This document shows positions 1 to 12,299 of a DNA stretch of 64,000 bases, one piece after another (the stretch's first letter is position 1; each line of letters starts with the position of its first letter). The stretch comes from the human T2T-CHM13v2.0 reference genome, Homo sapiens: NCBI RefSeq assembly GCF_009914755.1, contig NC_060928.1; one strand, written 5' to 3'. The translations under genes and the position numbers were made by a program. The notes under the pieces were generated by a model that did no database searches, was not told the origin of the DNA, and saw nothing but the letters and a program-made list of their open reading frames with translations.

Positions 1-699
1 GGTGATTGGATGAGAAGCATATAAGCTGTGTTAGTCAAATCCCACTCCATTAAGTAACAGCTGTTTGAACCTGGACACAGTTATTAATCTAGCCGTACTT
101 TTCACTTCTGTAGTCATAGTATAGATAGGTAAAACGCCTGGCAAATGGAAGACATTCAGGTGGTGGGTGGTATTATATGGGTATAGTTATATGAAGAGCA
201 TAGTACTTTGTAGTTTTTCATCCCTACTCTCTTTAACTGGAAATATAGAAATTAGCACATTCATGTCAAACACTGTCCCTTTCTGTCATGTTCTGGATGA
301 GCAATTAATCTTGTTTATACTGAATAAAATTTTATTTGAGTTGTGAACATAGCTACTAACTATTTGCTGCTGTAGTTCTTGCAGAATAAGCTGTATAAGG
401 CATTTGCTCCAAATGAGGGTTCCTTAGATGATCACAAACTATTGATAAGTCTTAGCCATATGATGTATCTCATTGGTCAGGGAAACCGTTCTAAAGACAG
501 ACTTCAAATTTTGTATGCAACATTACACAAAGAACCATGGCTGACATGTGGAAGTTTATGACCTATTATGATGGAGCTAGGACCTGTCCTGGTTAAAATC
601 CCTTGTAAGCAGAAAGATCAGAAGGTATGCAGAAAGTTTAATTAACCCTATCATTCTTCCCTAGTTTGTTTTATAGTTAGAGAGGGAAAGACTTCTTTA

Positions 700-1480
700 T
701 GACTTAAAATGTAGAAACCATAATAGAAAAGGTTGCTAAATTCAATTTTAAAAAAGTCTGCATGGCAAGGAAGTAACACAGGTATGTCAAAAGACGATAA
801 ATGACTCCGTCTCAAAAAAAAAAAGCGATACTTGCATGTTGTTTTACAAAGGGCTAATCTCTAATATTTCTAGATATCAGAAAAAGTAACCACCCATGAA
901 AAAAATGGATGAAATGTCTGAATAGGCAGATGACAAATGGCTCCCAAACCTATTAAAAAGGTGGCTCATGTCATTATAGGAAAGGCAGATTAAAAGTTCA
1001 GATTGGCAGAAATTCATAGTTTGATAAACGTTTGGCAAGCCTGTAAATAAGTATTCTCATACATTGTCATTGGGATTAAAAATTGGTATTTATATAAGAA
1101 GCAACTTGGCAGCTATTGTCCAAAATTACATACAAACATTTTGATCCAGCAATTCTACTCTGGGATATACTTGGATGTGTGTATGTGAAATGATACATGT
1201 GTAAAGGTATCCATCATTAGAGGACTGGTTAAGAATACATTTATCAGTACATACTATGAAGCTGTACAAAAGAGAATGACTATTCTTGATACAGGAAGAG
1301 AGGATGTTAAGTGAAAAAGAGCAAGGCTTATTTAGGAATGTATGTATAATACAGTGTTCTATGTTTTGGTAAAGAGGAAAACAACATTTGTATGTGCTTA
1401 TAGGTGCATACAGAACTCCAGAAGGATATGCAAAAAAAAAAAAAGAATTATGAGAGAAGTGGATAGGATCACAGTGTGAC
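700..1480 (+). mobile_element. Old L1 (L1M/L1ME-type) ORF2-end/3'UTR fragment
   Basis: Degenerate L1 3' motifs such as aaagggctaatctctaata, ttgatccagcaattctactctgggatatac and tcagtacatactatgaagctgtacaaaaga. Confidence 0.6.
803..824 (+). mobile_element. Minimal Alu 3'-end remnant (GACTCCGTCTC + A11)
   Basis: Canonical Alu terminal 11-mer followed by poly(A), with no other Alu sequence nearby. Confidence 0.45.
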
Positions 1481-1789
1481 ATCTCTTTCACTTGCAGACA
1501 CTAATAAATGATAAATAATTTTAAGTAAAAAGACACATAATTGTTCTCAGAAACAAAATGAAGAGCTCTAGTGAACAGTAATCTGAACAAAAACACATTA
1601 GGAAAAGCTGCACTGGATCTCTTTACTGAGTGACCAGAAGTTGGTGGATTTTGAGTAGAAACCCAGGGCAAAAGCTCTGCAGATGGTAAACAGCACTGCA
1701 AACAGCTGTGAACTTCACTGCTTTTGACTCAGTGGGTCCCAATATACTTGAAATGTCCTTCACTAATTATGATGTCTGTAGATATGAAG

Positions 1790-2110
1790 CACGTTCAGTC
1801 TGGTAGGAAAATCACAGAGAGGGCCTGTAGGATTTGATGCAAAGCTGTGTTCTTTTAGGCAAAGAATTAGTCTGCTTTTGAGAAATAACTCTTAGCCAGT
1901 TATTAAGCCCTAATAGGTACTGACTATGGGATACCCATCATGAATTGGGTGTTATTTGATCACGAAATTCATAAAGTTGAGCATGTTCAACAGCACTGCT
2001 ACAAAGTGGAATATGGTGACAGTCTAGAAGCTTCTTCCTGCCATACTACCATCACTTGGCCTGTTATATCATGGAACGCACCCAAGATCAGTTGGCTGAG
2101 GGAGAAATCT
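1790..2110 (+). mobile_element. Class III ERV (ERVL-type) pol fragment, degenerate
   Basis: Translations resemble ERVL Pol: GKSQRGPVGF..., SAFEK*LLASY*ALIGT (cf. PFEKQLLACYWALVET) and PIMNWVLFDHEIHKVEHVQQH (cf. PIMNWVLSDPSSHKVGHAQQH). Confidence 0.65.
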
Positions 2111-3796
2111 TTGGAACCTAGTATCCTAAGGATAATGGAAGTCACCAAAAACAAATCTCTTTACACATCCTATACAAACTATATAGAAAAATAATAAAAA
2201 GCAAATGAAACCACACATGATCCACACCTTCAGCATAACCACAGAACACTACAACTTTTCAAATTACCTGTTAATAAAAATAAATATATATGGACATCAA
2301 GTTCCAGCAATTATGTTTTTAGCTCTTGCCACAAGCCTTTGGAGAAGAAGGGGTGTTTTGAGGGGCTGGAAAACTACACAAGAGAGAACAAGAGTGCAGA
2401 GGCCCTAAAGGTGAGCTAACAATGTCCATCCCAGGTATGAAAATACTGTAAGAATACCCTGGTATATAAAAGTACTGACTAATGGAGAATGACTTAAAAT
2501 CACGTAGACTTGAGATGGCAGTTTTGGAAAGGCATTACTTATGGGAGAAAAGAGTTAAAAAGAACTGGGAGGTACCCTTTTTTTGTGGATGATGAAAGGG
2601 AAAAAAGCAAAGGGGAAATTCAGAATCCTGCAAGACAAAGAGAACCAAAAGAGCATGGGTGACATCAGCAAGATGGCAGAATAGGAATCCCTAGACCTTT
2701 CTTCCCTTACGGAAATGTGGATTTAGTAATACGTAGACCAAATTGAAGCCCAATAAGAAGATTTGTGGCACTATCACCAGAGCCCCTACCCCCAGCATGG
2801 TGAGGCTGAATTGGGAGGAAATTTACAACTCCTGTTTTCTTCCTGGAGAGGGAAAAGGGTAGAATGTAGGTCCAACATTTTGAATTTCAGATTTACCAGA
2901 GGGGCCGGTATTTATCATGCTTGAATCCAAACACTGAAAGGAATATGGCCTACCCTGTGGGCAGGGGTTGTGGGGCGGCGGGGTAGGTGGGGGTGCTCTC
3001 CAAAAACAAAGTACACCAAAGTCTGCGGTACCACAGAAATTAGATGGAGCTTCAGCACTAAGGCTTTTTATAGCACCAGGGTTGCCACAGTATGGCAGAA
3101 AGACATCAGGGTAGAAACTGGCAAATCTCTTCAATTAGGAGATTATACACACGAGACCAGAGAGGGCACATCTTCAGAAAAGGCTTGAGATATCTTCAGA
3201 ATTTCTAGCTGGAGTGAGTGAAGAAAGTTCTCGTTGTATGAAACTAGATCATAAAATTTGGGAGAGGTGGCTGATTCTTCAAGTGGCAAAATTCCAGTAA
3301 AAAATAACAAGACATACAAAGAAACATGACACATTTAAATGAATAAATATCCAGAAAACAACCCTCAATAAATGTAGAAATATTAATTACCAAAGAAGTA
3401 AAAATTACCGTTATAAGGATGTTCAGTGAATTAAAAGCACAAATAGACAACTAAATGAAATCAGGAAAACTATAAAAAACAAAATGAAAATATTGACAAA
3501 GAGAAACTATGAAGAAGAACCAAACAAATTTTTGGGCTGAAAAATACAATAGCTGAATTGAAAAATTCACTAGAAGGAATCAACAGCAGACTTAACCAAT
3601 CACAAGAAAGCATCAGCAAATTCTCAAGACAGGACTTTTGAGATTACCAAAGCAAAGAAGCAAAAAGAAAATGACAGGATAAAAGTGAAATGGTAGAAAC
3701 ATATATTTCGTGTAATTAGGAATACAAAAAGAGTAGGGATGGCCATACTTAGAAAATGTAGACTTTAAGAAAAAACTGTCAGAGGCAAAGATGGAT

Positions 3797-3874
3797 TTTA
3801 TATATATATATATAAAATCATATATATAATATATGTATATAAAATATATATATTATATATAAAACATATATATA
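3797..3874. repeat. (TA)n-rich microsatellite
   Basis: Visible tatatata array. Confidence 0.9.
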
Positions 3875-4981
3875 TGACTAAAAGGGTCAATTCATCATAA
3901 AAATAACACATATGCATCTGACATTAAAGCTGTCAAATATATGAGGAAAATACAGAACTGAAGAGAGAAATAGATAGCAACACATGGTTTTAGGATACTT
4001 CAATACCCCACTTTCAGTTATAGACAAAACAGATAGAAAAGCAACAAGGAAACAGAAAACTTGAACACTGTAGACCAATTGGAACTAAAAGATACATACA
4101 GAACACTTTACCCAACAACAGTAGAATGCACATTCTTAAATGCAGATGGAGCATTCTCCAACATAGACTACATGTTTGGCCATAAAACAAGTCAACAGAT
4201 TTAAGAATATTGAAATCATACAAAGTATCCTCTCATACCACAACAGAAGGAAACTAGCAATCAATAGCAGAAGGAAAACATGAAAATTCACAAATATGTG
4301 GATATTAAACAATATACCCTTAGGCAACCAATGGGCCATAGAAGAAATCATAAGATTTAGAAAGTATCTGGAGCCAAACAGAAACAAATCATACCAAAAG
4401 TTATGGGATGCAGCAAAATCAGTACTAAAAGGGAACTTTATAGTGGTAAATGCTTATAGTAAAAAAAGGATCTCAAATCAACAACTTAACCTTACACCTC
4501 AGGAACTAGAACAAGAAAAATAAATAAAACGTAAGGCTAGCAAAAGGAAGAAAATAAAGACTAAAGTAGAAATAAATAGAGGATAGAAAAGAAAAAACAA
4601 ATCAGTTAAACCAAGACTTAGTTTTTGGAAAGATCAAGAAAATTGACAAACCGGTAACTAGACTAAGAAAAAAAGGGGACTCAATTATCTAAAATTAGAA
4701 ATAAACGAGGGAAAACTACAACAGATGTCACATAAATAAAAATAATTACAAAAGACTAACTGCTATAAACAATTACACACTAACAAACTGGCCAAACTAG
4801 AAGAAATGGATAATTTATAGAAACAAAACCTACCAAGAGTGAGTCATGAATAAATTAAAAATCTGAACAGACCTATAACTAGTAAGGAGAATGAGACAGT
4901 AATCAAAAACCTCTCAAAAAGAAAAGCCCAGGACCAGATGGCTTTACTGAAGGATTCTATTAAACATTTAAAGAAAAATTA

Positions 4982-5277
<296 letters not shown>

Positions 5278-5287
5278 GTTGTAAACA

Positions 5288-5699
<412 letters not shown>

Positions 5700-5818
5700 T
5701 CAAAAGACACCAAGAAAACTACAGTACAATATCCTTGATGGATACTGATGCAAAATTTGTAAACAAAATACTAGCAAAGTAAATTCAACAGCACATTAAA
5801 AGGATCATACACCATGAC

Positions 5819-6297
5819 TGCAGGGAACTGTCCTGCAGACCCCAGCTGCATGACGGATGAGATACGTACTCAGACACCAATGTTCAGTGAAAGAGTGGGC
5901 CAGGGGGCTGCCAGCACTGGCAGCCAAAGAGAGTTTGCAGCCCCTCCAAGCTGGCAACCATTTATTTACTACAGATTTAATTGACAAAGGCTTTGAGTGA
6001 ACACACCTGTGGGTAATTAACCTGGTCGCCCCCACCCAGGAGAGGGCCATTCTGCCTGTGAATGATCAAAGGTTGATTTTAGGACCACATGAGTAAACAA
6101 GCTATTTAGATGAACTACTCTACATTCCTTTGTATCTGCACCCCAAGCTATTAACTCTAGGTAAGGATTAGGCTGCTTTCAGCCATAACCCTATCCTGAG
6201 ACTTTTGCAAAACCTTCCAGCCTTCCAAGAAGGTTTGTGTCTATATCCTATAACTTCATCTTAAAATTTTTCCCACCAGCTTGACCGAACTCCCACA
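5819..6297 (-). mobile_element. 3' LTR (LTR22-like)
   Basis: Minus strand begins tgtgggagttcggtcaagctggtgggaaaaattttaagatgaag; direct repeat of 9479-9961. Confidence 0.88.
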
Positions 6298-6311
6298 TCT
6301 CCCTCTTCCCT
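6298..6311 (-). promoter_or_regulatory. Polypurine tract of the provirus
   Basis: agggaagagggaga lies immediately before the 3' LTR on the minus strand. Confidence 0.85.
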
Positions 6312-6890
6312 GTTTTTTTTTTGCATCAGGTTCTGTTGATTGAAGCATGCAGATATGTGCAACAACAGGTCTGTGGGGCGAGGCAGTCATTGCTCTTATT
6401 CTGGCATTGCATCCTAGAATTAGCAAATAACATAAGACAGTCATGAGTAAAATTAGCAACATTCTTTTCCAATCAAGGAACGACCTGCAGCATTGCTTGG
6501 CGCTTCAGTTTGATGTGTGCTGTTACTAAGGAACCTCACTGGGGATAAGTTAACCCCTTCCAGCCAAGCAGTCTCATTGTTAGAAGGTGGGAAGGAAGTG
6601 TCTGCCCAGATAACAGGGCTGAAAAATGGCAGGTTTAGAAGATGAGCTTAATTGAGTGTAGCAGGTATAGGTAGCAGGCACAGGGAGAGAATAAAAAAGG
6701 AATACATTATCTGGAGTGAATGGTGCCTGTTCCCGGAGCAGGATTTGCTCAGTCTTCTGACTTGTCTTCTTCAGTATAATGTCTGGGGCCTGTGTTGTTT
6801 GAGGAAGCCGCATCCTCCGGGGATGCAGGTCCTGTAGGGTCAGTTCCTTCATTTCTGGTACCGGCTTGGTTCCTAGCCATGCCATGGTGT
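6312..6890 (-). pseudogene. env: env remnant (N-terminal part joined to the TM anchor/cytoplasmic tail; SU and ectodomain mostly deleted)
   Basis: Lies between IN and the PPT; hydrophobic anchor MLLILLMTVLCYLLILGC (ORF 6256-6462); only about 0.6 kb long. Confidence 0.7.
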
Positions 6891-6901
6891 GGTTTGATGC
6901 G

Positions 6902-8277
6902 TCATGCTGGAATCCAAAGAGGACCTGAGGGGGTGTAGACACAAGCATACCCTCTTCCCCAAGTTAACAGTTCATTTGGACCACACCGTACATTGCTGTT
7001 TACATCTTTCAATAAAACTGCAGGTTTTATGTCTTGAGAGGTTTCAGCAAAGTGCTTTTCTACAGCTGATTGAAATTTATCATCTAAATTTAGAAAATTA
7101 AGGGTAAATAAGACTTGCGCCAATAGTGTTGCAGGGTCTTTACTCACACTCCCCCTTTTTTATTTTTTGAGCATATTTTTAAGGGTTGAATGGGTACGTT
7201 CTCCTATGGCCTGTCCTTGGGGGTTATACGGGATGCTGATGGAATATTGGATGTTCCAAGTGTGACAAAATTGTTGGAATTGTGAACTGGCATAAGCTGG
7301 ACAATTATCAGTTTTAATTTTTGTGGGCTGTCCCATAAGTGCAAAAGTTAAAAGAAGATGTTTAATGACATATTGAGTGGACTCTCCAGGTAAGGCATGG
7401 GTACTAATTAGATGAGTGTTTGTATCAACGGATACATGTACATATCTTAGTTTTACAAATTCAGGGATGTGTGTAACATCTATTTGCCATACTGATCAGG
7501 TTCTAATCCTCTAGGGTTAACACCTGTTGAAGGAGGGTACATGCCTGTGAGCTGGCAATCCAGGCATTGTAGGATAATTAGTTTAGCCAGTCTCTGGGTA
7601 AGTTGAAATTGTTTAGATAAGTTTCTTCAATTTTGGTGGGAAAATTGATGTGATTGGGTGGCTTGGTCAAGCAGTGATGTCATAACCTGAAGGTCTGCTT
7701 GATCATTGCCATAAGCCAATGGGCCAGGCAGTGAGCTGTGGGCTTGAAGGGGTATAATAAAAATAGGATGTGTACATTGATCTAGCAATTGCTGAAGTCA
7801 GAGAAAAAGAGCACACAAGGTGGGCTCCAGAGTGGACTTAATTAGGGCTATCTCAAGGTTCTGAAATAAAAAGTAGGCAGAATCACTAACAATATTGAGG
7901 GGCTGAGCAGAAACAGTTTCCAAAGCCAATATTAAGGCCCAAATTTCAGCTTTTTGAGTGCTAGTAAACCTAGATCAAGTGAGTGAATTATGTGGTCTCC
8001 ACCAGACTGCTGCCTTTCCATGTTTACCAGAACCATCAGTAAACAGTGTTAAAGCATTAGGTATGGGGGAGTGAACTATTTTTGTAGCAAGATCACAGGA
8101 CTATGAGATAAGAAATGAAGGAGTTTATCAGCAGGAAGTACATGCTCTATTTGTCCTGCGTAATCAGAGAGTGCTATTTGCAGATCCATCGATAAGGGCA
8201 ATAATGCTTCGAATTGCTTTTTACTTAAAGGAATCCTGATGATATCAGGATCATAACCTAGCAACTGATTGCATCAT
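6902..8277 (-). pseudogene. pol: pol remnant: RT connection domain, RNase H and integrase
   Basis: LGYDPDIIRIPLSKKQFE; LTLFTDGSGKHGKAAVWW; WQIDVTH; KIKTDN; IPYNPQGQAI; LLTWGRGYACV; disrupted by stops and frameshifts. Confidence 0.92.
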
Positions 8278-8427
8278 TCTATATGGGTAGCTTTTAATTG
8301 CTCCTTAACAAATTTATGGGCCCTTTGTAATTTCTGTCCCTTTAGAGGTTATTATTTTATTTAAATTGGATTTGGAGAGAGTTATGTTAAGGGTAGAAGA
8401 CAAATAACAATAGTGGCCATTATTAGG
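8278..8427 (-). pseudogene. pol: pol remnant: RT N-terminus, hypermutated
   Basis: PLT*LSPNPI*IK**PLKGQKLQRAHKFVKEQLKATHIE aligns with the betaretroviral RT start PLTW...PVWVxQWPL...EQLxxGHIE. Confidence 0.85.
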
Positions 8428-8857
8428 TCTTTTAAATTCTTAAATTTTACTTAGATCTTAGCAGAGAATTATAATCTGGGATGTCACTTGTATACAAGGA
8501 ACACATGAAATTTTGCCCTGGGCTGCCTGTGGAACTGGAGAGCTAAGCAGGCGGGTCCCAGGGTGGTGGCTGTGTTGTGCCCACCTAGTCGCTGCTTTTT
8601 GTTTATGCTGTTTTTTTTTCTGTGTTGCTCCCTACCCCTGCCACCAGTAGGCTGCTACTGGCTGGCAGACATTCCCACGCATGCCTTCTACCCCTCCCTA
8701 GCAGGCCAGCTCCTGCACTCTGGGCCTGGCTTCTGGTGGCCACCGCCACTGTGCAGGCTGAGCTCTTGGGAGCAATTGCCGGCTTTGGGTTTGTGAGCTT
8801 ACCCACTGCTGAGCCTTTCCTTCTACCTACCGCTTGCTCGGCCATGCAGCTCCAGCC
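8428..8857 (-). pseudogene. NCK2: Non-viral insert in the provirus; candidate transduced cellular mRNA 5'UTR (NCK2-like exon1/exon2 from recall)
   Basis: About 340 bp of GC-rich, CpG-decayed sequence switches abruptly to AT-rich atttcatgtgttccttgtatacaagtgacatcccagattataattctctgct. No Gag or Pro similarity seen. The gene identity rests on memory of the NCK2 5'UTR and is unverified. Confidence 0.55.
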
Positions 8858-9438
8858 TCTAATGACTTTTCTTATCTTTTTATAAGTGTTAAAATAAATG
8901 AGTTTATATACCTGATTGCCTTGTCAATCTAGCATTACCAGGCAGGCTAAGAGCTCCACTTCCAATGCTGCTTGCTTAAGACAGTGTCTTATAGCTGTAG
9001 CATATCCCTTGCCTTTTTCCCAATTCATTGGAGGAGGGGGTTCAGGCAAGACCTCTGTTTCCTCTTTGTTATTTTGGTCCAGTGATGGGGGGCTGAGGGA
9101 AAAGGAGGTGGTAAGGCAGGTGACAGTTCCTCCTCCTTCCCCATTTTAGGCTCTTTGGTGTATAACGGAGTCAGGGCCACCCTAACTAAAGCCCATAGCA
9201 TTAAAGAAGATACTGGGACCCGTTGCCCTTGCCCATGATGTTGTTTAAGATTTCTCCCCACTTGTTCCCAGAGCTCTATGTCTAGTGTGCTTTCTTTGGG
9301 GAACCACGGGTTATGGGATTCAACAGTTTGCATTAGGTCCCTTAATTGAGCCTGCGAAATCGAGGCTCCACTAGCTTTAAGCAGATGTTTCAATACTTTT
9401 GTATACTGCTTCTGTTGAACTGATAATTATTGTCCCAG
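8858..9438 (-). pseudogene. gag: gag remnant (matrix to start of capsid region)
   Basis: (M)GQ*LSVQQKQYTKVLKHLLKASGASISQAQLRDLMQTVESHNPWFPKESTLDIELWEQVGRNLKQ is a betaretroviral MA (Gag_p10-type); a proline-rich PEPPPP segment follows. Confidence 0.9.
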
Positions 9439-9478
9439 ATGAAACCCAAGCCTGAACAATCCCCCCTGAGCTCCCACT

Positions 9479-9961
9479 TGTGGGGGTCTGTCCTGCACAC
9501 CCCAGCTGCACAACAGATGAGACACGTACTCAGACACTGATATTCAGTGAAAGAGTGGGCCAGGGGGCTGCCAGCACTAGGGGCTGAAGAGAGTTTGCAG
9601 CCCCTCCAAGTCGGCAAAGCTTACATTTATTTAGTACAGATTTAATTGACAAAGGCTTTGAGTGAACACACCTGTGGTAATTAACCTGGTCACCCCCACC
9701 CTGGAGAGTGCCATTCTGCCTGTGAATGATCAAAGGTTGATTTTAGGACCACATGAGTAAACAAGCTATTCAGATGAACTACTCTACATTTGTTTGTATC
9801 TGCAGCCCAGGCTATTAACTCAAGGTAAGGATTAGGCTGCTTTCAGCCATAACCCTATCCTGAGACTTTTGTAAAACCTTCCAGCCTTCCAAGAAGCTTT
9901 ATGTCTATATCCTATAACTTCATCTTAAAATTTTTCCCACCAGCCTGACTGAACTCCCACA
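9479..9961 (-). mobile_element. 5' LTR (LTR22-like)
   Basis: Minus strand tgtgggagttcagtcaggctggtgggaaaaattttaag...gacccccaca; matches 5819-6297. Confidence 0.88.
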
Positions 9962-10556
9962 TATGACCAAGAAGGAATTATATCTGGAATGCAAGGATGG
10001 CTTATTTGACAAAATTCATCATCTTTTCATGAAAAAAGAAAACAATCAACGAAGTAGGAAACTACCGCAACATAATAAAAACCATATATGAAAAGTCCAC
10101 AACTAACATCACACTCAACAATGAAAATCTGAAAGCTTTTTCTCTAAGTTCAGGAACAAAGCAAGGATGTCCACTCTCACAGCAACTGTTTAACATGGTA
10201 CTGGAAGTTCTGGTCTGAACAATTAAGCAAGAAAAAAATTTAAAAGGCATCCAAGTTAGAAAGACAAAGTATAATTAACTCTTTTGGCAGATGACATGAT
10301 TTTATATGTCAAAAACACTAAAGATTCCACACACACAAAAAAAACTGTGACAATAAACAACTATAGTAAAGTTTTGGAATACAAAATCAACACAAAATCC
10401 ATAGGTTTTCATAAAGTAACAATGACCAATATGAAAAAGAAATTAAGAAAATAATTTCATCTGCTAAAGCATCAAATAGAATACAATGCTTAGGAATAAA
10501 CAATCAAGGAGGTGAAAGACTTGTGCACTGAAAACTACAAAACATTACTAAAATAA

Positions 10557-10918
<362 letters not shown>

Positions 10919-11661
10919 ATATTATTAAATATTGTTACTAATATGACTTAATATTGTTAAAATGGCCATACCACCCAAAGTGATCTACAGGTTCATTGCA
11001 ATCTCTATCAGAATCCCAATGATATTTTTTACATGAATAGAAAAAAAAAATCCCAAAATTAATACAGAATCCAAAGAGACTCCAAATAGCCAAACAATCT
11101 TAAAAAAGAACAAATTGGAGGCCTCAAGTGGCCTGATTTCAAAACAGATTACAAAGCAACAGCAATTAAGATGGTGTGGTAGTGGCATAAAGATAGCTGT
11201 TTAGTCCAATAGAACAGAATATAGAACCCAGAAATAAACTCTTACATGTATGGTCAAACTACTTTCCACAAAAAATGTGAAAATGGGAAAGAACAGCCTT
11301 TTCAACAAGAAAGAACACAATGGGAAAGAACAGCCGTTTCAACAAATGGTGTTGAGAAAACTGGATATCCACATGCGAAAGAGTGATGAAGTTGAATCTT
11401 TACACCATATACAAAATTAAAATGGTTGAAAGACCTAAATGTAAACCTTATAGCTATAAAACTCCTAGAAGAAAACGTAGGAGAAAAGCTTCAGGATGTT
11501 GGATTTGGCAATAACTTCTTGGATATGATACCAAGAACACAGGCAACAAAATAAAAATAGACAAAAGAGGCTACATCAAATTGTAAAATGTTTGCATGTC
11601 AAAGGAAACAACAGAGTGAAAAGGCAACCCATGAAATGGGAGAATAACTGCAAATCATATG

Positions 11662-11925
11662 TTTTTTAAATATTTTGTGGGTACATAGCAGGTGTATATA
11701 TTTATGGAATGCATATTTTGATGCAAGCATGCAATGTGTAATAATCACATCATGAAGAATGGGGTATCCATCCCCTCAGGCATTTATCCATTGTGTTACA
11801 AACAGTCCATTTACACTTTTATTTTAAAATGTACAATTCAGTTATTATTGACTATAGTCACACTGTTGTGCTATCAAATAGTAAGTCTTATTTATTCTTT
11901 CTGGTTTCTTGTACCCATTAGCCAT
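11662..11925 (-). mobile_element. 5'-truncated L1MA-type 3' end inserted antisense in the L1MB
   Basis: ttttgtgggtacatagcaggtgtatatatttatgg...aataatcacatcatgaagaatggggtatccatcccctc; flanked by aatcatat / agtcatat. Confidence 0.8.
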
Positions 11926-12299
11926 TGAAAGTCATATATCTGATAAATGTTTAATATCCAGGATATATAAGCAACTTCTACAACTCTACACAACACACAA
12001 AACACAATTATAAAATGGGCAACGGACTTGAATATACGTTTCTCCAAAGATGATATGCAAATACTCAATGAGCACATAAGAAGATGCTCAACACTAATAA
12101 TTAGGGAAATGCAAATCGAAACCAAAATGAGATATCACTGCACAGCCATCAGGCTGGCTAATATCAAAATAACCGAAAATTACAAGTGTGTTGATGAGGA
12201 TGCAGAAGTTGGAACCATGGTGCACTATGGGTGGGAATGTAAAATGGTGCAGCCATTATGAAAAACAGTATGAAGTTTCCTCAAAGAAATAAAAATAGA

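Larger units (their letters stand above)
5819..9961 (-). mobile_element. Defective betaretroviral ERV provirus, HERVK22/HML-5-like, with two LTRs
   Basis: Paired ~480-bp LTRs with TG...CA ends; 6-bp TSD catgac (5813-5818) / tatgac (9962-9967); polypurine tract; betaretroviral MA, RT, RNase H, IN and Env TM remnants; splits the L1 ORF2 sequence caccatgac|caag. Confidence 0.93.

Noticed and set aside
8563-8885. Short ORFs on both strands across the proviral insert
   Set aside because: They are expected in GC-rich DNA and show no recognisable protein similarity; the translation does not resemble FAM8A1 as I recall it.
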